Shown one piece after another: positions 49,346 to 59,068 of a stretch of DNA of 64,000 bases. Position numbers and translations under genes: made by a program. Source of the DNA: an uncultured Clostridia bacterium. Its GTDB lineage: Bacteria > Bacillota > Clostridia > TANB77 > CAG-508. The stretch is from positions 75,748 through 139,747 of the forward strand of contig CALXZC010000001.1 of assembly GCA_944393135.1 (NCBI GenBank). The letters are read 5' to 3'. Below the pieces are notes generated by a model. That model saw only the letters and a list, made by a program, of their open reading frames with translations. It had not been told where the DNA came from and ran no database searches. Numbering within the stretch: the first letter of the stretch is position 1; every line of letters starts with the position of its first letter.

Positions 49346-50069
49346 TAAACTTGCTAAATTTAAAGCGACAATAAAAATAATAGCAAATAGCGAGTGTTTA
49401 CAAGAAATAAAAAATACAGCAGTAGAACCAGATGTATCTACACCTACATTAGACAAATACAATAGATTGTTTGATAGTTTAAGTAAAGAAGAGTCTATGC
49501 AGGTAATTGACAATTTGGATACGGCAACAAATTTAAAAATAGATAAAGAATTCTTATCTACAAATTTATACATAGATAATTTGAGTGACGAGTGTATAAA
49601 AGGATTAGTACTTTTTGGACAATTAGAATTATTGGAATATAATTTTACTATAAATTATAATGTATTTAATAAAACTGTTTATACATTTGAATTTAAAAAT
49701 GTATTAAATCTACCTATTAAAGATTATACATTTAAAGGTGAATTTAATATGTCAAAAATGTTATATAATAAATTAATTAATAGTTTTATCGCAAATAATG
49801 TTTGTTTTGAATATAATACAAAAGATATGTCCGAAAAAGATAAATATTTAAAAGTAAAAGAAGAATTTGAAGAAAATATAAATAATTTAATTAAATCCGG
49901 TAATTTAGATACTTCTGATATTAAATTTGATACACAACATATTCCTGAAGGAATAACAGAAGAAACAATGGACCAGTTAAATGATTTTATAGAGGATATA
50001 ACAGAAATAATAGAAAAACAATTAAGACACAGAAGAGAACAGGAGGATAATGAAGAAGATTATGAATAA
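49338..50069 (+). CDS. hypothetical protein (243 aa)
   Basis: RBS aaaggagga. Confidence 0.7.
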   Translation: MNNKLAKFKATIKIIANSECLQEIKNTAVEPDVSTPTLDKYNRLFDSLSKEESMQVIDNLDTATNLKIDKEFLSTNLYIDNLSDECIKGLVLFGQLELLEYNFTINYNVFNKTVYTFEFKNVLNLPIKDYTFKGEFNMSKMLYNKLINSFIANNVCFEYNTKDMSEKDKYLKVKEEFEENINNLIKSGNLDTSDIKFDTQHIPEGITEETMDQLNDFIEDITEIIEKQLRHRREQEDNEEDYE

Positions 50070-50637
50070 AGTAGAAAAAATTAAAAAAATTTCTAAAATT
50101 GCAAGTACTTGGTGGTCTAGTGTAATAGAGAATGCGAAAATGGATAATGGAGATACAACAGATTCAGGTACAATGGCAATGTTATTACTTAAATTACATA
50201 CTCCAAAAGTTACACCAGAACAACAAAAACAATTTAAACAAGAATTATATGAAAAGATTATAGATACTATAAAAGATTACGAAGATAATAATATTATGTG
50301 GTTAGACGTAGATTATGGACCTAATAAATATTTAAGTGAACCGGCAGAAAAATGTGGTATAAATTTACTTAGTTTTCCAATAAAAACAACAATGCAAGTA
50401 ACTATACATAGTGTAAGAGTTAAATACGGTTATACAGGCGAATATGAAACTTTATATGCTGATAAATTTTATTGGAAAAATAAAATTAAAGATTGTAAGG
50501 AAACAATTAAATATTATAAATCTAAAGATAATTCCTATTTTGAAAGTTGGACAAGTGTAAGTAAAGAAAGTTGCATTAAAGAACAAGAAAATGCTATTAA
50601 ATACTATGAAAATTATTTAAATACTTGTGAGGAATAA
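50050..50637 (+). CDS. hypothetical protein; start 50050 or 50062
   Basis: RBS aggagga (spacing ambiguous). Confidence 0.6.
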   Translation: MKKIMNKVEKIKKISKIASTWWSSVIENAKMDNGDTTDSGTMAMLLLKLHTPKVTPEQQKQFKQELYEKIIDTIKDYEDNNIMWLDVDYGPNKYLSEPAEKCGINLLSFPIKTTMQVTIHSVRVKYGYTGEYETLYADKFYWKNKIKDCKETIKYYKSKDNSYFESWTSVSKESCIKEQENAIKYYENYLNTCEE

Positions 50638-50703
50638 AATTATATTACTTTTTATTAAAAACTTGTTAGAATTGATTGTCGTAAGAATTAGGAGGGTATT
50701 ATA

Positions 50704-51000
50704 ATGCATATTGTATTAACATTAGATAATGTTATCCAAATAATATTAATTGGAATAATAATTCTTATAATATTAATCGGTGTTACAAAACATTTTTTAA
50801 ATAAATTTTTAATTAAAATAAAGTATTATCACAACTGTTTAGATTGTAACAATTACAAATTAACAGGTGTTACAAGTTATGGAGGAATAGCTCATTATCA
50901 TTGTAATAAAACAGGTAAATATGACAATTTAGATTTTAATGATTCTACTGTTTTTTGTCATTGTGAGTATTTTGAAGAAAAGGAGGATAAAAATGTATAG
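50704..51000 (+). CDS. small membrane-anchored Cys/His-rich protein
   Basis: RBS taggaggg; TM IILIGIIILIILIGV then C..C...HYHC...CHC. Confidence 0.6.
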   Translation: MHIVLTLDNVIQIILIGIIILIILIGVTKHFLNKFLIKIKYYHNCLDCNNYKLTGVTSYGGIAHYHCNKTGKYDNLDFNDSTVFCHCEYFEEKEDKNV

Positions 51001-51232
51001 TTATACAAGGAAACAAAAAGAAACTATTTATAGAAGTTTACAAGAATATATTGTAAAAAGTATTAAATATGGTTTACAGAGAAAATGGAATAAACAACAG
51101 ATAAAAAATTTTACTATTGATAATTTAAATGTGAGACAAGTACCTGAATTAAAATGGCATCAATTTAGAAGTGAATCTAGAATAGAAAATATATTTGAGT
51201 CTATATGGGAGGGCTATTTTAATTATGAGTAA
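50993..51232 (+). CDS. hypothetical protein (79 aa)
   Basis: ATG after aaggagga (track's earlier ATG lacks RBS). Confidence 0.55.
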   Translation: MYSYTRKQKETIYRSLQEYIVKSIKYGLQRKWNKQQIKNFTIDNLNVRQVPELKWHQFRSESRIENIFESIWEGYFNYE

Positions 51233-51506
51233 TCAACAATTAGATTTAGATAAAAAATTTGAAGAATTAAACGATAAATTCCTAGAATTAGATAAACAAC
51301 TCTTACAACAATTAAAAGAGTGTATAGGATATTGTAAAAAACAAAGTATAGGTAAAGATGATTGTATGGACATATATTTGTCTACAATACTAGGTAAGTT
51401 TTATGAAAAAGAAATTATTGTTAATTCTATAAAAAACAACGTAAATGTTAAAAATTTGTTTAATAAATTATGGGAGGAAATTGGTTATGAGTATATTGAT
51501 AGATAA
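51225..51506 (+). CDS. hypothetical protein
   Basis: ATG 51225 after gggaggg. Confidence 0.5.
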   Translation: MSNQQLDLDKKFEELNDKFLELDKQLLQQLKECIGYCKKQSIGKDDCMDIYLSTILGKFYEKEIIVNSIKNNVNVKNLFNKLWEEIGYEYIDR

Positions 51507-51681
51507 ATTAAAAAATTATGAAAATAACCAAGTTGAAATAAATGGTAAATGGTATATAGCAAAACCTTTAAATAATTTACCAGTTAAAAATAGGATAAAA
51601 GATTCAATAAAAGTTTTAATGGGTAAAGCCATTACTGTACATTATAAAGAAAATGAAATAAAAAGAAGGAGGAACAAATAA
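51487..51681 (+). CDS. hypothetical protein (64 aa)
   Basis: ATG 51487 after tgggagga. Confidence 0.5.
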   Translation: MSILIDKLKNYENNQVEINGKWYIAKPLNNLPVKNRIKDSIKVLMGKAITVHYKENEIKRRRNK

Positions 51682-51894
51682 ATGAGTGCTTTATTATTTT
51701 TATTAAGTATATGGCTTATAGGCGCTTTATTATTTTTCTTATTATTTATATTTGGAAAATATCACGTTAAAATAACAAGTTATAAAACAGGTGAAATTTA
51801 TTTTGCATCAGGTTGGAAAAAAGTTAGTATCTGTTTTTTATTAGCAATTTTATGGCCTTATATAGTAATTAAAAATCTAATAAAAGGAGAATAA
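51682..51894 (+). CDS. small 2-TM membrane protein
   Basis: RBS gaaggagga; two hydrophobic helices. Confidence 0.65.
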   Translation: MSALLFLLSIWLIGALLFFLLFIFGKYHVKITSYKTGEIYFASGWKKVSICFLLAILWPYIVIKNLIKGE

Positions 51895-51896
51895 TA

Positions 51897-52235
51897 ATGA
51901 ATTTAAAAATAATAAATAAACAATATCCTAGAAATGATAAATATAATAAAAATAAAGTTAAATTTACAGTAGATGGGTACGAATTATATATTAATATAAT
52001 ATATTTAGAAATGACATTTGAAGTAAATCATTTGAGAAGATTTAACGCATTTTTAGATGATAAATTATACGAACAATGTGAACAATTTATAACAGGAAGA
52101 TATCCTAATATTGACTTTGAAGATTTTAAAAAATATTTTATGTACAAATTATATAAATATAGTAGAGGTGTTGGTTTAGATAAAGAATGTTTAGATATTA
52201 CACCTGAAATAATTAAAAGAATTGAGGAGGCATAA
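51897..52235 (+). CDS. hypothetical protein
   Basis: RBS aaaaggaga. Confidence 0.65.
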   Translation: MNLKIINKQYPRNDKYNKNKVKFTVDGYELYINIIYLEMTFEVNHLRRFNAFLDDKLYEQCEQFITGRYPNIDFEDFKKYFMYKLYKYSRGVGLDKECLDITPEIIKRIEEA

Positions 52236-52490
52236 ATGTTTAATAAAGAAACTCAGCAAGAAACAATGAAAAGAATTTTAAAACTAACTAATATAAAAAA
52301 TGACCCAGATGTTGTACCTTATATAAAGGCACAGACAGCATTAGATGAATTATGTAGGTTTTTTCTAGGAGAAGATTGGTATGTAGTAGACCCACTAAGT
52401 ACAGAACAAGTAAATGTACATATCGTGTATGAAATTGAAAGAAAATTTAAAAATAAATGTAAAAAGGGTAAACATTTTAAAAATTCTTAA
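52236..52490 (+). CDS. hypothetical protein
   Basis: RBS gaggagg. Confidence 0.65.
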   Translation: MFNKETQQETMKRILKLTNIKNDPDVVPYIKAQTALDELCRFFLGEDWYVVDPLSTEQVNVHIVYEIERKFKNKCKKGKHFKNS

Positions 52491-52518
52491 TATATTTATA
52501 TTAAGGAGGTTGATAAAA

Positions 52519-52737
52519 ATGTTTATTATTAATCAAGATAGGGATGAATTATATTTTATACAAAAACCATATACAATAGATGGAAAAGTTATCTTATATG
52601 ATAATAGAACTTACTTTGGGATAAATTTATATATTGATAATGTATTTTTAGGTACATTTGATACACTAGAAGAATTCATGGATGAAGTATATAATATAGA
52701 TAATAATAAAACAGGGTTACATATAATTAAAAATTAG
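52519..52737 (+). CDS. hypothetical protein (72 aa)
   Basis: ATG after taaggaggt. Confidence 0.6.
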   Translation: MFIINQDRDELYFIQKPYTIDGKVILYDNRTYFGINLYIDNVFLGTFDTLEEFMDEVYNIDNNKTGLHIIKN

Positions 52738-52748
52738 GGGGATTATAC

Positions 52749-52958
52749 ATGAATTATGCACAAATAATAACTATTTTAAAGTTCAAAGATTATGAATTGT
52801 CTTTTAAGGAATTTCAAAAAATTTTACCTTATATTCATATTACAAATATGTATAAAGATTTAAATGAAGATATAAAAGTTAAAGCTGAAATTACAGAAAC
52901 TAATAGTATTATGAAAATTGAATTTATTATAAAAAATTTATATGTGGAAGGAGATTAA
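52749..52958 (+). CDS. hypothetical protein
   Basis: RBS taggggga. Confidence 0.6.
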   Translation: MNYAQIITILKFKDYELSFKEFQKILPYIHITNMYKDLNEDIKVKAEITETNSIMKIEFIIKNLYVEGD

Positions 52959-52960
52959 CT

Positions 52961-53200
52961 ATGAGTCACTCAGAAATATGTCCAGTATGTGGTGGAACAG
53001 GTATATTCAAATGTGTACAATATGAACAACTTAATGCACCTTATCCTTTTGTAACAAGTCCTATTAAAAGTTATACGGAAAGAACTTGTCATGGTTGTCA
53101 AGGGAAAGGTTGGATAACTGTACCAGATACAAATGATATATATAAATATGATTACAGTAAAAAAAGTTATTTAGATATAAATACATATAAGGAGGAATAG
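52961..53200 (+). CDS. small zinc-finger protein with two DnaJ-type CxxCxGxG motifs
   Basis: CPVCGGTG ... CHGCQGKG; RBS ggaaggagat. Confidence 0.6.
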   Translation: MSHSEICPVCGGTGIFKCVQYEQLNAPYPFVTSPIKSYTERTCHGCQGKGWITVPDTNDIYKYDYSKKSYLDINTYKEE

Positions 53201-53205
53201 ATTGC

Positions 53206-53646
53206 ATGTCATCTAATATAATAGATTTTAATAAATATTTAATTATAAAACAGGAACAGGAATTTAAAGGGAGTATGTATAAAAATCCTACAAATGATAT
53301 GTTTAAAGAGTACAGTAAATTGTTTCAAAAGGATTATCCTGTATTAAAATATCTTTGTCAAAAATCAAAAATTAATAAGTTAAATGATGAAACGGATTCT
53401 ATAGTGGGTATATTTGATTTACCCGAAAATTATTACAATTACATATATTCAGATGCTATGTCCACTTATTTACAAATATATATCCCAACGAAATTAAAAT
53501 TTAAAAGAATTAATTTAGATGAATACTATTTTATTATATTTAAATATAGAAGTTTAAATAAATATGATGAGATTTGTTTGGAATATCCTTTTTTATTATC
53601 TGGTTATATAGTGGAAAAATTATTGGTTATATTTGAAATAGTATAA
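53206..53646 (+). CDS. hypothetical protein
   Basis: RBS taaggagga. Confidence 0.65.
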   Translation: MSSNIIDFNKYLIIKQEQEFKGSMYKNPTNDMFKEYSKLFQKDYPVLKYLCQKSKINKLNDETDSIVGIFDLPENYYNYIYSDAMSTYLQIYIPTKLKFKRINLDEYYFIIFKYRSLNKYDEICLEYPFLLSGYIVEKLLVIFEIV

Positions 53647-53668
53647 ATCGGGTAAGGAGGTTTTATAA

Positions 53669-54040
53669 GTGAATATACAAGAAGCAATAGAAACATATAA
53701 TGCCTTAAAGAATAATATTTTAATAGAAAAATATGAAAAGGCTTTGGATGTATTAATAAAGGATATGTCTAAAAAATCTGAAAAGAAATATTATAAATCA
53801 GATAATGAAAATGATTACTACATTGAATTACCCTATGAAAGATTAACATTTGTACAGGAAGGTGCTATATTACAACACAGAGATTATAATTGTGTTTATT
53901 GTAAAAAGGGTAAGGATATTGATAAAGTTATAGGTCCAGGTAATTTTTGTTTAAGTCTTTGTAAATTGACAGAAGAGGAAGTAAAACAAAGAATTGATGA
54001 TTTTATCAATTCTAAAATGAGTAAGGAGAAATCTATATGA
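53669..54040 (+). CDS. hypothetical protein (GTG start) with C..C / C..C pairs
   Basis: RBS taaggagg 9 nt before GTG. Confidence 0.55.
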   Translation: MNIQEAIETYNALKNNILIEKYEKALDVLIKDMSKKSEKKYYKSDNENDYYIELPYERLTFVQEGAILQHRDYNCVYCKKGKDIDKVIGPGNFCLSLCKLTEEEVKQRIDDFINSKMSKEKSI

Positions 54041-54276
54041 ATGATAATATGATAGAAGAAGTTATAAGGAAAACTATTAAGGAACAAATATCTAAAGAAG
54101 TGGATAAAGAAATACAAGAAAAAGTAGAAAAATTTGCTGATGAGTTAACTCTCAGAAAAGATGATTATATCTCACAGATAATGAAAGGAATAAGAATTCA
54201 ACATGAAAGAGATTTTGGTAGTATGGGTATAAATTACAGAATAATTTTTGAGAATTATTATAAATTAGAAAAATAG
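54037..54276 (+). CDS. hypothetical protein
   Basis: RBS taaggaga. Confidence 0.6.
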   Translation: MNDNMIEEVIRKTIKEQISKEVDKEIQEKVEKFADELTLRKDDYISQIMKGIRIQHERDFGSMGINYRIIFENYYKLEK

Positions 54277-54293
54277 AAAGGAAGTATTTGATA

Positions 54294-55088
54294 ATGAGTA
54301 AAAAGAAAAAGAAGTATGAATATGATATGGGAGATGTAGTATATTTAAAAAGTCAGGAGGATATATTATATACCTATGACGAAGAACTAAAACATTTAAT
54401 AGATACACAACATAGATTTGTTGTAATAACTTATACAAAAAAATATTCCCATTCCAATATAGCCTTACTATCAACTAGTAAATATCTTAATAAGGATAAT
54501 GAAATGGGACTATTATTAAAAGGAAATTATAGTAAATATGGTAATGGTAAGGATTTGTACATTGATTATACTTCCGTCTGGTGTATAAGAAATAGTTTTA
54601 TAAAAGAGAAATCTTATAAATTGGAAACTATTGATTGGTTAAAATTAGCACATATTTCAGCTTATAGATTCAAACAAATTAAAAAAGGTGTTATTGACCA
54701 TTCTATATTAAATGGTATTCAACCACTGTTACAAGCTAAGTCCTTAATGAGTCTAAACGTAGAACAAAGACTAAACCAATATAAACAATTTATAGATATG
54801 TATATATTCTATACAACAGAAGAAGATTGTAGAAATACTCTACTAGAATTCAGTAATGAGGAATGCTTAAAAGATGCTGAATGTAGGTATTTATCTAAAT
54901 TTGTAGATACAGATGTAATGTATCATTCAATATTACAATCCGTAGTAGATACTTATAAAAGTAAATCTGATTTTAAATTTATTTCTCATTTATATGCTTA
55001 TATGATGAGGGGTTATGATTGTAAACAAGATTATAAATTATATGAAAAGGAGATATTATTAAATGAGCAAACAAACGGTAGTATTTGA
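54294..55088 (+). CDS. hypothetical protein (~264 aa)
   Basis: RBS aaaggaag. Confidence 0.65.
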   Translation: MSKKKKKYEYDMGDVVYLKSQEDILYTYDEELKHLIDTQHRFVVITYTKKYSHSNIALLSTSKYLNKDNEMGLLLKGNYSKYGNGKDLYIDYTSVWCIRNSFIKEKSYKLETIDWLKLAHISAYRFKQIKKGVIDHSILNGIQPLLQAKSLMSLNVEQRLNQYKQFIDMYIFYTTEEDCRNTLLEFSNEECLKDAECRYLSKFVDTDVMYHSILQSVVDTYKSKSDFKFISHLYAYMMRGYDCKQDYKLYEKEILLNEQTNGSI

Positions 55089-55587
55089 TTTTGATGGGGT
55101 TGTACATAAGTATTCAAAAGGTTGGCAGGATGGTTCAATATATGATGTACCTAATGAAGGAATAAAAGAAACAATAAATAGATTAAGATTAAACAATTAT
55201 GAAGTAGTTATAGTTAGTACAAGATGTAATACAGAAGAAGGTAGAATGGCAATATTAACTTGGTTATTTAGTTATGGAATAGTTGTAGATAAAGTATGTA
55301 AAGAAAAACCACCCGCAATATGTTATATAGATGATAGAGCTATATGCTATGACCCTAAAATGAATAATCTTTATGATTTAATTATAAATTTTAAACCTAA
55401 TCAAACCATATATAAGGAAATAAATGAAATGGACGCTTTTAACCTTTTATTACAACAAAGTGTTCTAAAAACAAAATTTGATGAAGTAAATAAAAAGATT
55501 GAAGAAAAATATCCTGTAAAAGAGAACATAGATATTTATACAAAGATACTTCAAGAATGGATAAATTCTGTAGAAAAATACTTATAA
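55063..55587 (+). CDS. HAD-superfamily phosphatase (nucleotidase/PNK-phosphatase-like)
   Basis: Motif I VVFDFDGVV near N-terminus, ...CYIDD motif later; RBS aaaaggag. Confidence 0.7.
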   Translation: MSKQTVVFDFDGVVHKYSKGWQDGSIYDVPNEGIKETINRLRLNNYEVVIVSTRCNTEEGRMAILTWLFSYGIVVDKVCKEKPPAICYIDDRAICYDPKMNNLYDLIINFKPNQTIYKEINEMDAFNLLLQQSVLKTKFDEVNKKIEEKYPVKENIDIYTKILQEWINSVEKYL

Positions 55588-55601
55588 GGAGGTATTAATA
55601 T

Positions 55602-55817
55602 ATGGAAACTTATTTATCACTATATAAATTATACGAATCAAACGATATTTCTTATAAAGCTTTTTGTGATTTTTTATGTTATTATTGTAAAAGATTTAAA
55701 ATATGTTTGTGTGATGATAATTGTGAAATTGCCAAAATGAAATTATATAAATTAAATCAGAACTATTTAAAAGATTATAGGAGAAGTTATGGAAGAATAT
55801 TTAGATTTAATAAGTAA
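55602..55817 (+). CDS. small Cys-rich protein
   Basis: RBS taaggagg. Confidence 0.6.
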   Translation: METYLSLYKLYESNDISYKAFCDFLCYYCKRFKICLCDDNCEIAKMKLYKLNQNYLKDYRRSYGRIFRFNK

Positions 55818-56109
55818 ATGTGATACTTGTATTCAAAAAACATATACTACTACTAGTTGTTTTAATTGTGAAGTATATATATTAAAGGTTACAATGGCAA
55901 AACTACAAAATGAAATAACAAAATTAAAAATTAATAACAAAGATTTATCTAATTATTGTTGTTTTATTAACAATAAATATTTTAACATAATAACAACTAT
56001 AATTGATTTTGATACAATTAAAGTGTATAAAAGAGATTTAAATTATTTATTACCGGAAGAAAATATTATAGCTATATTATATGATAAAGGAGTGTATAAT
56101 GGGTGGTAG
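55789..56109 (+). CDS. hypothetical protein with CDTC...CFNC
   Basis: RBS taggagaag. Confidence 0.55.
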   Translation: MEEYLDLISKCDTCIQKTYTTTSCFNCEVYILKVTMAKLQNEITKLKINNKDLSNYCCFINNKYFNIITTIIDFDTIKVYKRDLNYLLPEENIIAILYDKGVYNGW

Positions 56110-56341
56110 AAAAGAAGGTTATAAAGATTTAAATAAATGGAGAATATATAAACGTAAACAACAAAAACAAAATTATGCTAAGGGTAGAATTAATTGTAAA
56201 AGACATAAATGGACTGAAGAGGAGAAAAAACTATTATTTAATTGTCCTTTAACTGACAGGGAATTATCTAAAATAATACACCATTCTGTACAAGCTATAC
56301 AAGTACAAAGGTGTAAATTAAAAAGAAAGGAAGTGATATAA
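56099..56341 (+). CDS. small basic protein with SANT/Myb-like motif (HKWTEEEKKLL)
   Basis: ATG 56099 after aaaggag (the track's start lies within the RBS). Confidence 0.5.
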   Translation: MGGRKEGYKDLNKWRIYKRKQQKQNYAKGRINCKRHKWTEEEKKLLFNCPLTDRELSKIIHHSVQAIQVQRCKLKRKEVI

Positions 56342-56611
56342 ATGCAAATATTAACATATATACAACTATTAAATAAATTAGAAAATAAACAAATTAATCC
56401 ATTTAATTATTATTTAAGAGTAAATAACGAAACTTATACTTATAACGGATTTGAATTTGTAAATACTGAAGGTGTTAAATTTATCAGTAAATTTGTTAAA
56501 AGTGAGTCGGAATTAATAAATCTTAAAGTTTATTTGTATAAAAAAGATGAAAAAATGATAAAGAATTCTAACTATGAAATTAAAAAACTAAGACAAGCAA
56601 AAGGGAAATAA
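56342..56611 (+). CDS. hypothetical protein
   Basis: RBS aaaggaagtg. Confidence 0.6.
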   Translation: MQILTYIQLLNKLENKQINPFNYYLRVNNETYTYNGFEFVNTEGVKFISKFVKSESELINLKVYLYKKDEKMIKNSNYEIKKLRQAKGK

Positions 56612-56733
56612 TAAAGGAATTATGGGATAGGTATTTAGATTTAGATTGGGATATTAGTGTAACTCAAGGCTGTATAAATGATTTAGATAAACAATATGAA
56701 AAAGTACATATTTATCAAAGATTGTTAGAATAT

Positions 56734-56994
56734 ATGGGTGTTTGTGTAGAAAAGGATAAGAATAAAAAATTTGACATATGGTATAAGGAACAAATTGAAA
56801 AACAGGAAAAAGCTGAGGAACACAAAAATAAACAATTAGAACCTTTGGGAATAAATTGGATACAACTTGCCCAATATGAAGATACAGAAATAAAACCAAT
56901 TTTAGAGTTATATACTGAACTTGCACACAGATTAAATGATGTATTAACTTATTTAAGAAATAAAGACAATAAAGAAAAGGAGAAGGATAAATAA
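56734..56994 (+). CDS. hypothetical protein; true start unresolved (in-frame coding-like sequence extends back to 56584 without canonical start)
   Basis: First ATG 56734 lacks RBS; TTG 56722 also lacks RBS. Confidence 0.35.
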   Translation: MGVCVEKDKNKKFDIWYKEQIEKQEKAEEHKNKQLEPLGINWIQLAQYEDTEIKPILELYTELAHRLNDVLTYLRNKDNKEKEKDK

Positions 56995-57368
56995 TGGAAT
57001 TAGGAAATTTAATGTTTAACACTAATAAAAATCAACAATATGAATGTCCAAAATGGATTGTGGCTTTATTAAACGAATTGGATAATCAGTTGGATAGAGT
57101 AATGTGGAATAATACACAAAAGGAATATCCTAGTCCTTTTGAAAATACAGCCAATTCATTTAAAAATGATGTATTTGAAGTACAAGCCTTTGACTGGAAT
57201 GATGATATAGAACAACCTTATAATTTTAAGTGTGAGGATATTGAAATTAGTTGGTACAAATATTTAGGAAGGGATACAACTATAAATGGTGAATATGAAC
57301 CACAAAAAATAATAGATATGTTTAATAAATGTTTAAAAAGTATTTTGGATATGGATGTAAAAGATTAG
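56994..57368 (+). CDS. hypothetical protein
   Basis: RBS aaaggagaagg. Confidence 0.65.
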   Translation: MELGNLMFNTNKNQQYECPKWIVALLNELDNQLDRVMWNNTQKEYPSPFENTANSFKNDVFEVQAFDWNDDIEQPYNFKCEDIEISWYKYLGRDTTINGEYEPQKIIDMFNKCLKSILDMDVKD

Positions 57369-57385
57369 ATTATTTTACAAAACCC

Positions 57386-57414
57386 TTTACAAATTTTATA
57401 AAATATTATATACT
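57386..57414 (+). promoter_or_regulatory. sigma70-like promoter family copy (TTTACA-17-TATACT)
   Basis: aaaaccctTTACAaattttataaaatattaTATACT. Confidence 0.55.
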
Positions 57415-57429
57415 GGAAGTGATATAAAA

Positions 57430-57603
57430 ATGAATGCCCAACTATGGAGCCGACCGGATGAGGACTCACAAAAAAGAACCTTATTATGTTGGTTTAAAGA
57501 CAATAATATTAATTTAAATAATATATTTGAAAATATAGAAAATGTAACAATAGAAGAATTAAGAAATTTATACATATATTATGAAACACATACGATAAAT
57601 TAA
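57430..57603 (+). CDS. small hypothetical protein (57 aa) with locally GC-rich 5' end
   Basis: Short ORF just after promoter; weak RBS. Confidence 0.3.
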   Translation: MNAQLWSRPDEDSQKRTLLCWFKDNNINLNNIFENIENVTIEELRNLYIYYETHTIN

Positions 57604-57619
57604 ATGTGGAGGAAAATTT

Positions 57620-58432
57620 ATGGAAAGAACACAATACATAAAAGAACAAGTATTAAGACATTATAATTATATTAAAGATAAATATGATGTATTATATCTA
57701 GCCTTGCAAGGAAGTCAAAATTATGGGTTGGATGTATATGATAAAGATTATAAATCAGATGTGGATACCAAAGCAATTATATTACCTAGTTTTGAAGATA
57801 TTGTTTATAATAGACAACCTGTTAGTAAAACTATTGTATTAGATAATGATGAACACATTGACGTTAAAGATATAAGAGTAATGTTTGAAAATTTTAAAAA
57901 ACAAAATGTAAATTTTTTAGAAATATTATTTACAGAATTTTATATATTAAATGAAGAATATAGTGAATATATATATAACCTTCGAACTTCTGCAGAACAA
58001 ATTGCGAGACTTAATATTAACCAGGCTTTAAGATGTATGGCAGGGATGAGTAAAGAAAAATTAAAAGCATTAAAACATCCATACCCAGCAACTACGAATA
58101 AAATAGAAAAATATGGTTATGACCCTAAACAACTTCATCATATATTAAGAATGAATGATTTTATTAAAAAATATGGAATAGAGCAAAGAAATTTTAAAGA
58201 TTGTTTAATACCTAATAACAAAGATTATTTAGTACAAATTAAAAAAGGTATATTAAATGAACAAGAAGCAACAGAGTTAGCAGAAAATACAGATATAGAT
58301 ACTTATAATATTAAAGAAAAATTAGTAACAGAACAAGATATTATTAATAAAGAAGCCATAGATACATTAAATAAGATAAAATATGGTATATTAAAACAAA
58401 AGTTTAAAAAAGAATTATTGGAGGATATGTAG
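57620..58432 (+). CDS. putative nucleotidyltransferase (Pol-beta superfamily)
   Basis: LALQGSQNYGLDVYDKDYKSDVDTKAI = hGS-x13-DhDh; RBS gtggagg. Confidence 0.6.
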   Translation: MERTQYIKEQVLRHYNYIKDKYDVLYLALQGSQNYGLDVYDKDYKSDVDTKAIILPSFEDIVYNRQPVSKTIVLDNDEHIDVKDIRVMFENFKKQNVNFLEILFTEFYILNEEYSEYIYNLRTSAEQIARLNINQALRCMAGMSKEKLKALKHPYPATTNKIEKYGYDPKQLHHILRMNDFIKKYGIEQRNFKDCLIPNNKDYLVQIKKGILNEQEATELAENTDIDTYNIKEKLVTEQDIINKEAIDTLNKIKYGILKQKFKKELLEDM

Positions 58433-58433
58433 A

Positions 58434-58673
58434 TTGAAAAATATAAGTCTTAAAGAAATGTTTGATATACTAATAGATTGTATAATGAATAAAAAAGAAC
58501 AATATCCTACATTTTATTATAAAAGAGAAAATTATAATACAGGAAATCCCGAATTTATAGAAATAACAGAAGTTGATTTATTATATGGAAGATTTAATAC
58601 TATTGATGGAGATTTTTCAGAATTTGAGTGGGAAATAGAAAATAGTAATATTTATATGGAGGAAAATAAATGA
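58434..58673 (+). CDS. hypothetical protein (TTG start)
   Basis: RBS tggaggat. Confidence 0.5.
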   Translation: MKNISLKEMFDILIDCIMNKKEQYPTFYYKRENYNTGNPEFIEITEVDLLYGRFNTIDGDFSEFEWEIENSNIYMEENK

Positions 58674-58873
58674 TAAAAATTTTTATACAAATTAGAGATA
58701 AAGAAACCTCTAAAATATCTGATGCTGTTAGTTTACAAGATATTGTATATAGGCAAAATGAAATAGAGTTTGAATTTGGAGAATATGGCACAGAAGAATA
58801 TGAAACTTTATCATATAAAGATTTTCTATTTTATAAAGATAATTATGATTTATTAGTACAAATAAAAGATTAA
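58670..58873 (+). CDS. hypothetical protein
   Basis: RBS atggaggaaaa. Confidence 0.6.
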   Translation: MIKIFIQIRDKETSKISDAVSLQDIVYRQNEIEFEFGEYGTEEYETLSYKDFLFYKDNYDLLVQIKD

Positions 58874-58900
58874 TAATAAAAATAGAGGAGGTATAAAATA

Positions 58901-59059
58901 ATGCCATATATATTTAAATTAATAAGAAGTTGGTTTTGTGAGCATTTTTACGGAGATGGAACACCTTGTCCATTTACGGATGAATATGGTAATCATTTCG
59001 CTGTATATACTTGTGAAAAATGTGGAAAAAGAAAATTAGTTAGATTTAATGAAAGGTAG
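58901..59059 (+). CDS. small zinc-ribbon protein (52 aa; C..C...CEKCG)
   Basis: Strong RBS agaggaggt; below track cutoff. Confidence 0.5.
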   Translation: MPYIFKLIRSWFCEHFYGDGTPCPFTDEYGNHFAVYTCEKCGKRKLVRFNER

Positions 59060-59068
59060 GTTATATAA

